A stretch of DNA of 64,000 nt from Octopus sinensis (Eukaryota), in contig NC_043019.1 in assembly GCF_006345805.1 (NCBI RefSeq), positions 19,033,360-19,097,359 of the forward strand, given 5' to 3'. The first letter of the stretch is position 1. Every line of letters starts with the position of its first letter. The translations under genes and the position numbers were made by a program. Below the pieces are notes generated by a model. The model was not told the origin of the DNA. It did no database searches and saw only the letters and a list, made by a program, of their open reading frames with translations. Below are positions 39,851 to 53,176 of the stretch, in pieces.

Positions 39851-40719
39851 TCCCAGGGATTGGAATTTGTGGCATTTTTGCTGGGAGGGGTTGGGGCGGG
39901 GGTGTACATGTATGTCCAGTTCACTCAGCTATAAATGGCTAACTCTGTGACAGAGCAGCATTCTCTGTTGAGAGGAAATGTTCTTTTCTATTCTAGGCAC
40001 AAGGCTCGAACTTTTGAGGGAGGAGGGGGGGAGTCGATCAGAGTGACCCGTGTATGCAACTGGTACTTAATTTATCAACCCCGAAAGGATGAAAGGTGTT
40101 CAGAGGAAATGTTGGCCTGCCTACACAACCTGCAAGATAGCATCATTTGAAAGTTACAACAATGCAAGGAAGCACATTGTGGCCAGTGGTGTATAACAAC
40201 ATCCGATGGTCTGGTTAATACAGAGACACAACACACACAACACACACACACATCAGCTGCAGGCTATGTTAACAGAACTGGATACCCATAGCTTAGCACT
40301 AGGCCTTAAAATGGACCACATGAAAACAGAATGCCTACAATCAAAAACTGTAGCCATGGGCTAAAGAGATGCGGGAAGCAATGAAATCCAATCATGACCA
40401 ACCAGCCTTTTTCTTTCAAACACACTGGATTTCAATCAGACTGTCTTTTTTACTTTAAAATAGTGGAGTAAAACACGAGGGATATTTGGCTGCTAAATCT
40501 GGCAGGTCATGTAATAATCCCCCACCCCAACTCATTGTTTCTAGTCCTTTATATGTTTATAGTCCTGAATTTAACTGATGTTAGGGGTCTCCGGAGTTGA
40601 AAGCAATGGAAAGTCTGAGGGTCAGTGTGTCTCAAAGAACACTGTTTCTAATCACAGGTTGTTACATGGGGCCAGATGCCTGATTTGGGATCAGTCTAGC
40701 CCAAAGTTATTTAATCTCA

Positions 40720-40885
40720 GGGGCATGGCTCTGTGGTTAAGAAGCTTGCTTCCCAACTATTTGATGTTGGGTTCAGTCCCACTGTGGGATCACCTTGAAT
40801 AAGTGTCTTCTACTATAGTTCCAGGTTGACCAAAGCATTGTTGTGAATGAATTTGATGAACAGAAACTGAAAGAAGCCTGTCGTT
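40720..40885 (+). mobile_element. tRNA-derived SINE family B (CORE-like); other copies at about 51777-51930, 14870-15000, 19290-19460 (-) and 31485-31640 (-)
   Basis: GGCATGGCTCTGTGGTTAAGAAGCTTGCTTCCCAAC...GGTTCAGTCCC...CACCTTG...AAGTGTCTTCTACTATAG...GAAACTGAAAGAAGCC recurs across the window and has A- and B-box-like motifs. Confidence 0.75.
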
Positions 40886-40890
40886 AATAC

Positions 40891-41042
40891 ATAGGTTTAC
40901 TCAATTGATTTATTGATCAATTAAGGTAAATTGAATGACCTGAGAAAATTAATGCTGCTTTCGTCGGAGCCATTTCTGGAAACAATTTGCTTCATTCAAT
41001 TTACCTCAGTTGACCAAAAATAGACCAATTGAGTAAACCTAT
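40891..41042. mobile_element. MITE-like foldback of about 150 bp
   Basis: Termini ATAGGTTTACTCAATTG / CAATTGAGTAAACCTAT, with imperfect pairing continuing about 45 bp inward (AGGTAAATTGAATGA / TCATTCAATTTACCT). Confidence 0.75.
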
Positions 41043-42479
41043 CAGTAATGTACCTATAATGACCGCTGGAAACAGCTGTAAGCCAGATTTGCTCCAATAA
41101 ATCAATTACATGTATTGACCATTATCTTTAAATTGTTTCTTACATATCTGTAAAAACTAGTTTATCTGAAAACCATCCACGGATTTACAATAGAGAATTG
41201 TGCCCTACCAAAAGATTACCCAGAGTTCTTCACTAATCTAAGTAATATTGTTAGTCTGGTGTGTCAACAGAGAGCTTATGAAGTATTTTGCCTGGGTTGA
41301 TAATCCCTCATTATTTGTTCAATATATATATACACATACATGAGCTATGGGTGTCCATCTAGTGAGTGACAAATACAATTTGATGTACACAATACTTAAA
41401 TAAGAACGACTATTCGTCTCATTAGTTTGTGTTTTCATGGCGTGAAACCAACAGAAGCTCATATTTAAGTATCATGTCTATTAAATGATAAATGTGTGTG
41501 TGTGTGTTCATGATTACACAAATCATAATTATGATATTTTTTTCATTTTGTACATTTTATTCTTATTTTCTGAAATTAATTTTTTAATAAATTTTCTCAA
41601 CAATAAAATTTTCTTTGGAATTCTAATAACATGTTTTCAGAAAATTTGGTTTTGCAAAACGGCAAAAACAAAAAACAAAACAAAAAAAAAACACAGAGAA
41701 ATAAGCCAATATTGTTTTTGATAAGGGTTGGTGGGTCAGCAGATTCAGTGGAGCATGAGAAAAATGTAATGACTGGTATTTAAATCGCAGTCATTACATT
41801 TTGAATTCAAGTCCCAGGGGGGGATTGACTTTGCTTTTTCATCTTTCCAAGGTTGATTAATCAGAAGATCAATGAAGTACTGAAGCAAACTGATTGATAA
41901 CTCCCAATCTTGAAATCTACCTATGTATAAATACCTATGATATAAATATATCAACACTACAATGGCAAAATGCTTAGCAGCATTTCATCTGTCTTTACGT
42001 TCTGAGGTCAACTTTTCCTTTCAGAGTCAATAAAATAATTACCAGTCATATACTGGGGGTCACTGTAATCAACTTACCTTCTCCCTTGGACTTGCTGGCC
42101 TTGTGCCAAAATTTGAAAACAATTTATAGAAATTCTGAAAATGAGTAATTAATTAAGCTTAGCAACAATAATAATTAAATTTTCATCAGAGTAATGATTG
42201 GACATATTTTCATTTTTCTTTTAAGAGATGTAAAAATAAAGTTGAAAGTATATACACTGCGTGCTCATACATATGTGTGTGTATGTGTGTTCCAAGTTGT
42301 GTATGTATATATGCCTACAAATATACATATACATACACGTGTGTTTGTATGTGTGTGTGTGTATGTATACTGGTAAATGTACACTCGTGTCTGTGTGTAT
42401 GCATGTCTTTTTCATGTGTGTGTGTATGTGTGTGTGGATGGATGGGTGCACACACACACACACACACACACACTATATA

Positions 42480-42523
<44 letters not shown>

Positions 42524-42906
42524 GCACTAACCGATTGTGGCCACCGCCAGCCTTCCCTTGCACGTAAAAAGCACCCGCTAAACTCATGGAGTGGTTGGCG
42601 TTAGGAAGGGCATCTAGCTGTAGAAACACTGCCAGATCAGACTGGAGCCTGGTGCAGCCTTCTGGCTTCCCAGACCCCGGTCGAACCGTCCAACCCATGC
42701 CAGCACGGAAAACGGATGTTAAACGATGATGATGATGATATTATACGCACTCTTCAACAAGATTATTTTTAAACACTAACCAGACCTGGAACCAATAAAG
42801 GAACCTCTATGTCATGACCTGCTAGAAATAGCAGCAAAATCTCCTGGTCATAAAGTACATTCTGAAATGAAGAGGAATATACTTAATAATAAATGTGCTC
42901 CAGGAT

Positions 42907-45790
42907 TCATCATCATCTTTTAATGACCGTTCTCCATGCTGGCATGGGTTTGACCGTTTGACCAGGACTGCCAATCCAGAAGGCTGCACCAGACTCCAGG
43001 CTGACTTGGCATGGTTTCTACAGCTGGATGTCCTTCCTAATGCCAGCCACTCTGAGAGTGTAATAGGTGTGTTTATGTGCCCCTGGCATGGGTACCATTT
43101 GTGTGACATCAGTATCTGCTATGACTGCAATTTTACTTGGCTTGATGGGTCTTCTCAAGCATGCCATAATGCCAAAAGTGTTGGTCATTGCATCCATGAG
43201 GTCCAACACTAGAAAGAGCTTTTCATGTGCCACTGGCATTGGTCACTTTGCCTCCGTGAAGCCCAATGCTTGAAAGGTACTTTTTACATGCCACCGGTAT
43301 GGGTGCCAGTTATGTGACACCAGCATCAGCCATGATTATCATTCCACTTAGCTTGACAGGTCTTTCTAAGCACAGCATATCGCCAAAGGTCTCGGTCAAT
43401 AGTCATTGCCTCTGTGAGGCTCAAAGTTTGAAGATCATGCTTCACCACTTCGTCCCATGTCTTCTTGGGTCTACTTCTACTACAGGTTCCCTCCACAGTT
43501 AGAAATAGGCACTGCTTTACACTGCTGTCCTCATCCATATGCATCACATGACCATATCAGTGCAGTCATCTCTTGCACACCAACATTTCTCTCAAGATGC
43601 TTACACTCTGTCAAACATGCACACTGACATTGCACATCCAATGAAGCATACTGGCTTCATTTCTTTCAAGCCAATGTATGTCCACAGCTGTTACAGCCCA
43701 TGTTTCACCACCTTGTCGCATGGTTGTTCACACACAGATATCATACAATTTGCCTTTCACTCTGAGAGAGAGAGGCCCTTTGTTGCCAGCAGAAGTAGGA
43801 GTTCTCACAACTTTGCCCAGCTTATTCTTATTTTCACAGCTATACTCTTAGAGCATCTACCTCCACAACTAACTTGGTCACCTAGATAATGGAAGCTATC
43901 TACTACCTCTAGCTTACCTCATTGGCAGTTGTACATTTTCTTTATTTATTGTACCTAAGCATCTTCCACACACAAAAGCTATTTTCCCTGTTAACCTTCC
44001 TTTGATATTGCTGCACCTCTTATGTGTCTATAGCTTACACTAGGTACATTTTATGGAGTTTCTACCTACACCTTTTCAACAGATCAAGCAAGGCCCTCTA
44101 CCTGAAGGGATTTCTGATTTGTCTGCCTTCTTCCTAACTAAGATTTTGGTTTTTGCTAGGTTAACTCTAAGTATCTTTAATTCTAGACCTTGCATCCATA
44201 CCTGAAACTTGTTCTCTAGTTCTGGTAGTGATTCAGCTATAAGAACAAGATTATCATTATAGAGGGGCTCCCAGGGGCAGCCAGTCTTAAATTTCTCTGT
44301 TTTTGCCTGGAGAACTATGATGAACAAGAGGAGGTTGAAGACTGATCTTTGGTGAATTCCTACTTGTACCCTGAATTCTTTGCCGTACTTGTTGCTTACT
44401 GATAGTGTCCTTGTACATGGCTTGTACAGCTCTTACCTACCACTCGTCTATCCCTAGTTTCTGCATCAACCACCAGATAAGGGATTGGGAGACCCTGTCA
44501 AAGGCTTTCTCCAAGTAAACAAAGGCCAAGTACAGAGGTTTACCTTTGGCTATGTATTTCTCCTGCAGCTGCCTTACCAGAAATATAGCATCAGTGGTGC
44601 TTCTACCTGGCACAAAACCAAACTGCATCACATCTGGACTAACTCTCTGCCTAATTAGTTGGGCTATGGCTCTCTCTCTCTCTCTAACTTTCATCACCTG
44701 ATCCAACAATTTGATACCTCTGTAATTATTTCTATCTAAGGCATCACCTTTACCTCTGTAGCAGTTGACTATGGTGCTGCTACATCTGTTATTGGGTATG
44801 ACTCTTTCGTGAACCACCTGATTTACAATACAGGTGACTAGACTGTCTTCATATCCTTAATTGCTTTATCTACCAGGGTACTGTCAATTGGGTCAACATT
44901 TGGCAGACTTTCCTCCTCCCATTCATTCTCCACATTCAGCAGTCTTTCATAATGGCATCTCCAAGCCTCTTTCTTTGCAGAATCATTAAATGCAAGTGCA
45001 CCATCATCCATGCAGACACATTTCTCTCCTATGACATAACGATTTTCTCTCACAGACTGTTTTGCAATCCAAAAGTCTTTGGTCCTCACATCGCTGAACA
45101 TTGCAAGCTTCTTTTTTTCTGCTTCTCCCTTGGCTAGATACACCTATCTCCCAGCCTCCCTCCTGGCTCTCTGATACAATTCCCTGCTACTCCACTCTTC
45201 CAGGATTTCCAGGCTTGTTTCTTTGCTCTAATGACCCTGTCTACAGCATTGTTCCACCACCACATCACCCTAGGTTTAGTTGGGACTTTGCACCAGCTGC
45301 TGATTTGGTCTGTGACACTCAGCAAGCTGTCCTGCAAGAATTCCCAGTTGCCCTCTATGTCACAAGCCTGTAGCTCCTCCTCTCTCTCATCAAATTTCTT
45401 AATTAGGATGTCCCTAAATCTCTGACCATATGAAGGGCCCTTAAGCTTCCAAATCCTTCTTTTCCAGATTGGTCTGCTTCTTGGCATCCTTCTAGCCTGA
45501 AGTCTCAAGTCACTAATGACTAGTCTATGCTGATGGGGTACATTCTTCACCAGGGAGGGTCTTTGTATTTAAGAGCAACCATGCACCCTGCTGTCTGGTG
45601 AGAATGTAATCGATCAGGTTAGCACATTCACCTGATTGGTAGGTTATCAGGTGGCTGGCTGGCTTCCTGAAGTTGGTGTTGCAGATTAATAGGTTATTCA
45701 CATCACAGAACTCCAGTAGCCTTGTTTCCTCTTAATCTTGGGAAACAATTCCACGGCCCTCATACACACCATGGAAAATACCGAGCTGAT
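42907..45790 (-). mobile_element. RTE-clade LINE, 5'-truncated and decayed (endonuclease C-terminus, RT, PHD-like finger, 3' UTR)
   Basis: QHRLVISDL, NYRGIKLLDQVMK, QFGFVPGRSTTDAIFLVRQLQEK, AFVYLEKAFDRV, LYNDNLV (degenerate YADD) and RSRPKKTWDEVVKHDL motifs. Confidence 0.93.
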
Positions 45791-46399
45791 TAATGATAAA
45801 AAGGGACAAATATACAAGACACCATTTTAAGGCCAGAATTGCTGCAGGTAAGAAGGAAGTCAGGTGAGATATTCTTCCATTGAAATCAAAAGCAGAGAAA
45901 TGGTGTGTTGTTGTATATTTGCCTTGTGAGTGAGTTTGGTAGACTTAAAATAATGTGGAAGCCAATGGTATGTCTGTCTGTCTGTGTGTATGTATGTAAG
46001 TGAAAGGTGAAGAACCCCTTCAGTGGCTATGGGATTGCCTCTAGAAAGTTTACCCCTGAGACACAAGCCTGGGAAAATTTGTTTATGGAAGACCAGCAGT
46101 TGCCCATGCATACCAACCTCCCCCTCTCCATACCACTGACATTATCCAAGGGAAGGGCAAAGGGGCCGATACGGCTTGGCACCAGTGATGTCACAACTCA
46201 TTTCTGCAGCTGAGTGAACTGGAGCAACGTGAAATAAAGTGTCTTGCTCAAGAACACAACACACGCACCAGTCCGGGAATCGACCTCACTACCTCATGAT
46301 TGTGAGCCTCACACTTTAACCAATGAGCCATGCCCCTTATGTATACACACACACATACACACACACACACACACATATATACTGAGAGACAGTAAAAGT

Positions 46400-47530
46400 A
46401 ATATGTTATAATTTAATTATATAATACTAATATTTCGGAATACAAAAATTCTTTCTTCAGATATTGCTGGAATTGATCAAGTCACTGCTACAATCGGTTT
46501 TCTAATGGTTACTGAATTTTTTTTTTCCGGAAGCATCTCAGCAGTGGTCTCATGAAGCTCCTTCTGGAATTCCTCATGAGAAGTGCATGAGGGCAGCCGT
46601 GTCTCAAGCTCGTGTGTGTTGACACAGCCGCAGTGCTGCTCCTAAGTTATGTATTATACGTGTAGTTTCTTTTTCTGTTTTTTTTTATATATAATACATG
46701 AACATGTTATCAAAAATGAACATACATGCACCCAGATGTAGCTAAATAATATACTGATTGCCAACCTCCAGCCTGTTGTTAATTTGGGGCCCTAGTCTAT
46801 CAATGAGGATAGCTTCCTTAATTCTTAGACTACCCAAATTTCTTTCATTGGCCTTAATTGTGACTGTTATGCTTTTGTCAGTGTTCCAGCATCTGTCCAG
46901 ATGTTTTCTGAAGGAGGAGGTTCTTGTGTTCAGATGTTCTTTGATGCAGACGTGTAACGGTCTCTTGTTGTGTTACCCACATAGAACTTGTTGCATTTGT
47001 TACATTGTATTCTATACAACAACATTTACCCTTTGGCATAAATCTGTGTCACGGATGGGGCAGTTTGCTAGTGTGCATTGATTACTGTCCCTTGCTCATT
47101 TCTTTGCGAGGTGTCCTCTCAGAGAGGGGCCAGAGTGGGCTGTTTGTATGTCTAGCCCTTCTCTTCTTATGGCTCTTCAGATGGCTGTAGTTACCCTTAC
47201 GCGAAAATGGGCTATTTTAAGGAAGCATGTGTTGCTGGGTTTTCTGTGTGTTCGGCATGCTTGTCGTCTTGGGTACCTAAGCTGGTTTACAATGGATATA
47301 GGGTACCCGTTGGTTTTCAATATCTCTAGGAAGTGTGTGGTGTGGGTCACCTTGTCCTCTGTCCTGCTGCACTTACTCTGGATGCACACAAGTTCATTTC
47401 TGGCGTATCCTATTTTGGCACCGAGTGGAAGGGATGAACTGTACTGAACAAACACATCTCTACTGGATTCTTCCCTGTAGAACTCGGTGTGGATCTCTCC
47501 TTCTTCCATTATTTTCAGTTGGCAATTCAT
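46400..47530 (-). mobile_element. Penelope-like element relic (RT thumb plus GIY-YIG endonuclease)
   Basis: HTEFYREESSRDVFVQYSSSLP...LKTNGYP (PLE RT C-terminus), then NVVYRIQCNKCNKFYVGNT, IKEHL and KEAILIDRLGPQINNR (GIY-YIG). Confidence 0.88.
46423..46467 (-). ncRNA. Degenerate HHR-like core downstream of the Penelope ORF
   Basis: The minus strand reads AATAT-CTGAAGA-AA-GAAT(loop)ATTC-C-GAAA-TATTA-GTATT. Confidence 0.45.
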
Positions 47531-47763
47531 GTAATGTAACAGGTGTGAAATTTGAAGACTCAGTTTGGTTTACCACTAATATTCCAACCAAAACAGCAAA
47601 ATGTGGGGCTGAAATTGCCAATGAAAAGTGACTAGAAGTGGTTCATCATTGAGTGGATAGATGTACATTATAACAGCAAAATATGGCAGCATAAATGTGT
47701 GCATCCGTCTGTATATACATCCATGTGCATGTGCCTCTGCATATATATGTGTATGTGTTGTAA

Positions 47764-47982
47764 GGTGGCGAGCTGGCAGAACCGTTAGCACACCGGGCGA
47801 AATGCGTAGCCGTATTTCATCTGCTGCTACATTCTGAGTTCAAATTCCGCTGAGTTTGATTTTGCCTTTCATCCTTTCGGGGTCGATAAATTAAGTACCA
47901 GTTACGCACCGGGGTAAATGTAATTGACTTAATCTGTTTGTCTGTCCCCTCTATGTTTAGCCCCTTGTGGGTAATAAAGAAA
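47764..47982 (+). mobile_element. tRNA-derived SINE family A, near full length; other copies at 60852-61037, 51530-51735, 37225-37290, 41960-42120 and 15370-16280 (-)
   Basis: GGTGGCGAGCTGGCAGAACCGTTAGCAC...GAGTTCAAATTCC...GCCTTTCATCCTTTCGGGGTCGATAAATTAAGTACCAG is repeated many times in the window. Confidence 0.8.
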
Positions 47983-48607
47983 CATATAAGTGTACGTGTA
48001 TGTACTGGTACATGAGTTCACACATGTATGTGTGTATACATACATCCTCTTAACCTCTATGTCAAACACACCTTCACCATACACACTAGTCTCTGTCTAC
48101 TCTCATTAACACCATAATTTACTCTTCCTCAGTCTTTCAACTCAACTCTCATTCACTTTCTATTCAAACATGAAACTGGCAACTCCATTATCCTTTGCCA
48201 TGAATTATCCTAGAAACTTTACCTCTGGAACTATTAACTGACATTATCTTTTACCTAGGATTCTATTAACTTTTCAATAATGGGAATACCAAACCCATTT
48301 ATCTTTCACTCTGGAAACTCCTTGGTTTCTTCAAGAACTGTCAACCAATAATGTGCTCGACTGAGTATATTTTACATTTCTATATTTTCTGTTTCTTCTT
48401 CTTTTCCTCTCTTCAATGATGGAATATTTAGCTTACATGGAATTCCTCTTTTCTCAATAACATAGGATCCACATTCTTGACAATTCTAGAATCAGCTTTT
48501 TTATAAACACCCTGCACTGTTTTTATTATAAAATTTAATTAAATGTTCTTGAATGATGCCAAATGTTTTGCTGGTTCAGTATCTGTTATACTGTGTGTAT
48601 ATATATA

Positions 48608-49442
48608 TCATCATCATCATCATCATCATCTTCGTTTAACATCTGCTTTCCATGCTGTCATGGGTTGGACGGTTTGACTGAGGGCTGACGAACCAGATGG
48701 CTGCACCAGGCTTCAATCTTGATCTGGCAGAGTTTCTACAGCTGGATGCCCTTTCTAATGCTAACCACTCCAAGAGTGTAGTGGGTGCTTTTACATGCCA
48801 CTGGCACGGGGGCCAGTCAGGCGGTACTGGCAACGACCTCGCTTGAATCCTTTACACATGCCACCAACACAGGTGCCAGTAAGGCAACTTTGGTAACGAT
48901 CACACTCAGATGGTGCCTTTTTACGTGCCACTGGCACGGAAGCCTGTTGGCTGCTCTGGCAACGATCACACTCGAATGGTGCTCTTAACACCCCACTAGC
49001 ACGGGGCTCAAGTGCCAGTAAGGTGACGCTGGTAACGATCACACTTGAATGGTGCCTTTTATGTGCCACTGGCACGGATGCTGGTTAGCCACTCTGTCAA
49101 AGATCATACTCGTATGGTGCTCTTTGCACCCTGCTAGCACGGATGCCAGTCATCAAATTTGATATATAATCGTCATCATCATTTAACATCTGTTGTCCAT
49201 GCGGGCATGGGTTGCACAGTTTGGACCAGGGCTGGTAAGCTGGAAGGCTGCATCAGACTCCAGCCTGATTTGGCATGGTTTCCACAGCTGAATGTCCTTC
49301 ATAACACCAACCACTCTGAGAGTGTAATGGGTGCTTTTACATGCCACTGGCACAGGTGCCATTTGTGTGACACTGGCATCTGCCACGACTGTGATTTTGC
49401 TCAGCTTGATGGGTCTTCTTCTCAAGCATGACATAATGCCAA
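48608..49442 (-). mobile_element. Two adjacent RTE-derived 3' UTR fragments with about 50-bp internal subrepeats; similar copies at 53221-53537, 58285-58520, 42555-42740 (+), 28555-28780 and 29817-30490
   Basis: (CAT)n tails and repeated GTGCCACTGGCAC...ACGATCACACTCGAATGGTGC units. Confidence 0.8.
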
Positions 49443-49965
49443 ATATATATAAAAGTTTATCAGGAGCCTATGTGACTCTAACCTACGCTCTTTGAGCCCG
49501 GATGATAAATAATTATGTGCACCGAACATATTGGGCTTTTAGACTATTTGTCTCTGCCATGTTTGCTTTCCTTTTCCTTCGTCCTTTTCTTTATATATTG
49601 TATGCTCTTGTTTTTCACTCTCATGAAGATCTTTTGCCTTAACTCAAAGACAAAGAATTTTATTCTCAAATTTATGTATAGATGGTATTCTGGTAATCTG
49701 ATTAGAAACAGCTGTTAGCTTTGTTATGTCTTGCATTGTATCAATAAACAGGCTTTAAAATGTGGTCCAATTGATGCACTCGTTGATCTATGTTTTTCTC
49801 CAATTTTCTAATTATCTGCATTGGTTCCTGATAAACTTTTATTTATCCTATTGTTACTTGCACTCGCCATATATGCCTGGGGATAATGCAGGTAACGGAT
49901 AGTGGTAGTATATACGGATATTTTATCCCTGAATCGGTTACTACAACTGCTAACTCTATTTATGC

Positions 49966-49996
<31 letters not shown>

Positions 49997-50000
49997 TATA

Positions 50001-50032
<32 letters not shown>

Positions 50033-50033
50033 C

Positions 50034-50500
50034 TTGGCGTTAGGAAGGGCATCCAGCCGTAGAAACACTGCCAGATCTGACTGGGCCTGATGAAGCCTTC
50101 CAGCTTCACAGACCCCAGTTGAACCGTCCAACCCATGCTAGCATGGAAAGCGGACGCTAAATGATGATGATGATGATGATGATGATGATATATATATCTG
50201 GTTATCCATGGACGCGCGTTTCTGAATTAGGTTTTGCATAAAGAATATAGAATTATACTTTACTAACCATATCCTTCACTTATTCTTCACTAACCATGCC
50301 GATGAAGAATATGGTTAGTAAAGTATAATTCTCTCTCTCTCTATATATATATATATATCATCATCATCATCATTTAGCGTCCGTTTTCCATGCTAGCATG
50401 GGTTGGACGGTTTAACTGGGGTCTGTGAAGCCGGAAGGCTTCATCAGGCCCAGTCAGATTTGGCAGTGTTTCTACGGCTGGATGCCCTTCCTAATGCCAA
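50034..50500. repeat. Tail-to-tail inverted pair of RTE 3' ends enclosing a second palindrome (50249-50332)
   Basis: 50034-50197 and 50343-50500 are near-identical reverse complements. The inner pair is AGAATTATACTTTACTAACCATAT / ATATGGTTAGTAAAGTATAATTCT. Confidence 0.9.
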
Positions 50501-50677
50501 CCACTCCGCGAGTGTAGTGGGTGTTTTTTACGTGCCACCTGCACAGGTGCCAGACAGAGCTGGCACAACGGCCACGAACGGATGGTGTTTTTACGTGTCA
50601 CCGGCACGGGGCCAGGTGATGCTGGCAACGGACACGAACGGATGGTGCTTTTACGTGCCACCGACACGGGGCCAGAC

Positions 50678-50738
<61 letters not shown>

Positions 50739-52420
50739 CATATACATATACATAAACAATATCAGTGCTAAGCAGTGATTAGGAATGAGCGAACCATAGG
50801 TAGTTGAAATATGTTTTAACATCAAAAGGCAAATTCACGGCAGTTACTGTGGAGAAAGAAATTCTCTTTTATGGTAATGGTAAAAGGTGTGAAAATAGCA
50901 TGTCTGCTCAGTGCTTCCCCCTGTTGGATTCCCAGACAGCTGTGTCTGGCTCTTGAGCCTTTCTCAATGGGAAATACCGAAGAGCGATAATCTTGGGAAG
51001 ATTCAAAACCATAGCTTTATCTAAAACACCGTGAACATCTTCATCACTGCTTCGTTCTGGTGCTGCTGTTTTCCTTGTGGCCCGGCAGTCCACTGGAGTG
51101 GGTGGTGGGGTGGTATTCTCTGTAGTGTTAGCTTGTACTAGTGGAGTTTATGAGGGAGATGATAGTGGTGATAATGGTAGTTATGGTGGTAACAATTGTA
51201 GCTATGATAGTTATAGAGCTAGTGGTTGAAGCGATTGTGGTGGCTATGGTGTTAGTGTTGATACTGGTGACTGGAAATATAGCAACAGCAGTGAAAAAGT
51301 GTTGGTCAACTTGTTGATTGGCCAACTTCCCCCTTTTTCTTGTTGGCAACATGCCATCTTGGAAGGTGTCCATTACAAATGTTCCTAGCATTCTCAGGAC
51401 AGTTATTTCAGTAAAGAGATGATGATGATGATGGTGGTGGTGGTGGTGGTGGTGGTGGTGGTAGAGTAGATTTATTTCATTTTGTTGTTTTTATTACTGT
51501 TATTGGTGGTTTTTTTTGTGTTTTTTTTAAGGTGTTGAGTTGGCAGAATTGTTAGCAGAATGCTTAGTGCTATTTGTTCTAGTTCTTTCTGTTCTGGGTT
51601 CAAATTCAGCTAAGATTCACTTTGTCTTTTATTCTTTTAGGGGTAATAAGTAGCAGTCATGAACTGGGGTGTGGGAAAGGATGCCATTGGCTTCCTCTCT
51701 CCTCAAAATTGCTGGCCTTGAGCCAAAGTAAGAAAGAATGATCGTTATTGCTGTTGCCTGGATGATTTTTGTCACAGACATGGCTGTGTGGTTAAGAAGC
51801 TCACTTTGCAACCACGTGGTTTTGAGTTCAGTCCCACTGTATCGCACATTGGGAGAGCAAGTGTCTTCCATTATATCCCCAGATCAACCAATACCTTGTG
51901 AGTAGATGGAAACTGCCTGGAAACCCATTATATATTTGTGTGTGTGTAACTTTGTGTATTTTCCTACCCTTGACGACTGGTGGTGGTTTGTTTATGTCCC
52001 CACAACTTAGCAGTTCATCAAAAATGATCAATAGAATATGTATCACACTTTAAAAAGAAGTACTGGGATCAATTTGTTTGACTAAACCCATGAAGGTGGT
52101 GCCCCAGCATGGCCGCAGTCCAAGCAAAAGAGAAAAGATAAAACACAGGATCCCAGATTTATTAAACAATTTCTCTTTCATCTTTTACTTGTTTCAGTCA
52201 TTGGACTGCAGCCACGCTGGGGCACCACCCTGAAGAATCTTTAGTCGAATGAATCGACCCCAGGATTTATATATCTTTTTCAGCCTGGCACTTATTCTAT
52301 CAGCCTATTTTGCTGAATTGCTAAGTTATGGGAACATAAATACACCAGTTTTCAAGTGGTGGTAGACAAACACAGACACACAGACACACACATATATACA
52401 TGTGTGTGTGCATGTTTATA

Positions 52421-53176
52421 TTTACATATATAAAAGAGAGATTCTGTCCGTTTGCATGTTTCAGTTCTCCTTGGGCATACAGCCTATTCAGATGTCAAAA
52501 GAAACCATGACAAATGGGTCTTCCACTTCACCTGTAGCCTTCTCAGAGTCACCTGGATTCCCTAAAGCTATTCTTCTAGCACCATTCATGACATACCACC
52601 TATTCAAACATCAAAAGGAACAGTGATAAATGGATGTTCCACTTGACTTGTAGCCTTTGCAGTGCCATCGTAGTTCCCTGGGTTCCATAAAGTTTATTCT
52701 TCTAGATGATATACCCATTTTTCTAGCTTTTCGGTTCTGATACAGGCATTAATAAAAGTCAGGGCCAAACACTAAAAGTTACTGGATGGCAACTTGAAGA
52801 ACAAACAGAAGTTCATATATGAAATCCATCTTTTTTCTGCTCCAACTATGACCTGTTTTTCTCTTATACACACATACAGGACGAGTAAACCTAAATCTGA
52901 CTGACAGGACACAACATTTGTAATTTCACAACGACTTACTGATATTCTTAATCAGTAAAAATGTTTACTAAAAAAAGTCCGTCAAAAAACGAACACCAAA
53001 CAAATGCACGATGTGCAATGCTTTCTCTGTACAAACAGTGATGTTCCACTTGACCTGCAGCCTTTTTAATGCAGTCAAATGGATTCTGTAAAGCTATTCT
53101 TCTCCCACTTTTCTAGTTTTTCAGCCTGAGAAACAGTAAAAGTAATTACCCAATCAATGATGGGTATTACTGCTAG
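52421..53176 (+). mobile_element. Non-autonomous Helitron-like element with three internal direct subrepeats
   Basis: 5' end TTTACATATATAAAAGAGAG. The 3' hairpin GTAATTACCCA...TGGGTATTAC is followed by CTAG|T. Subrepeats TTCCACTT(C/G)AC(C/T)TG(T/C)AGCCTT...AAAG(C/T)T(A/T)..TCTTCT occur at about 52520, 52636 and 53044. Confidence 0.6.

Noticed and set aside
48780-49150. Repeat-spacer-like pattern in the RTE 3' UTR
   Set aside because: The units are degenerate tandem subrepeats, and the same intervening sequences recur in other copies (7500-7720, 23640-23860), so they are not unique spacers.
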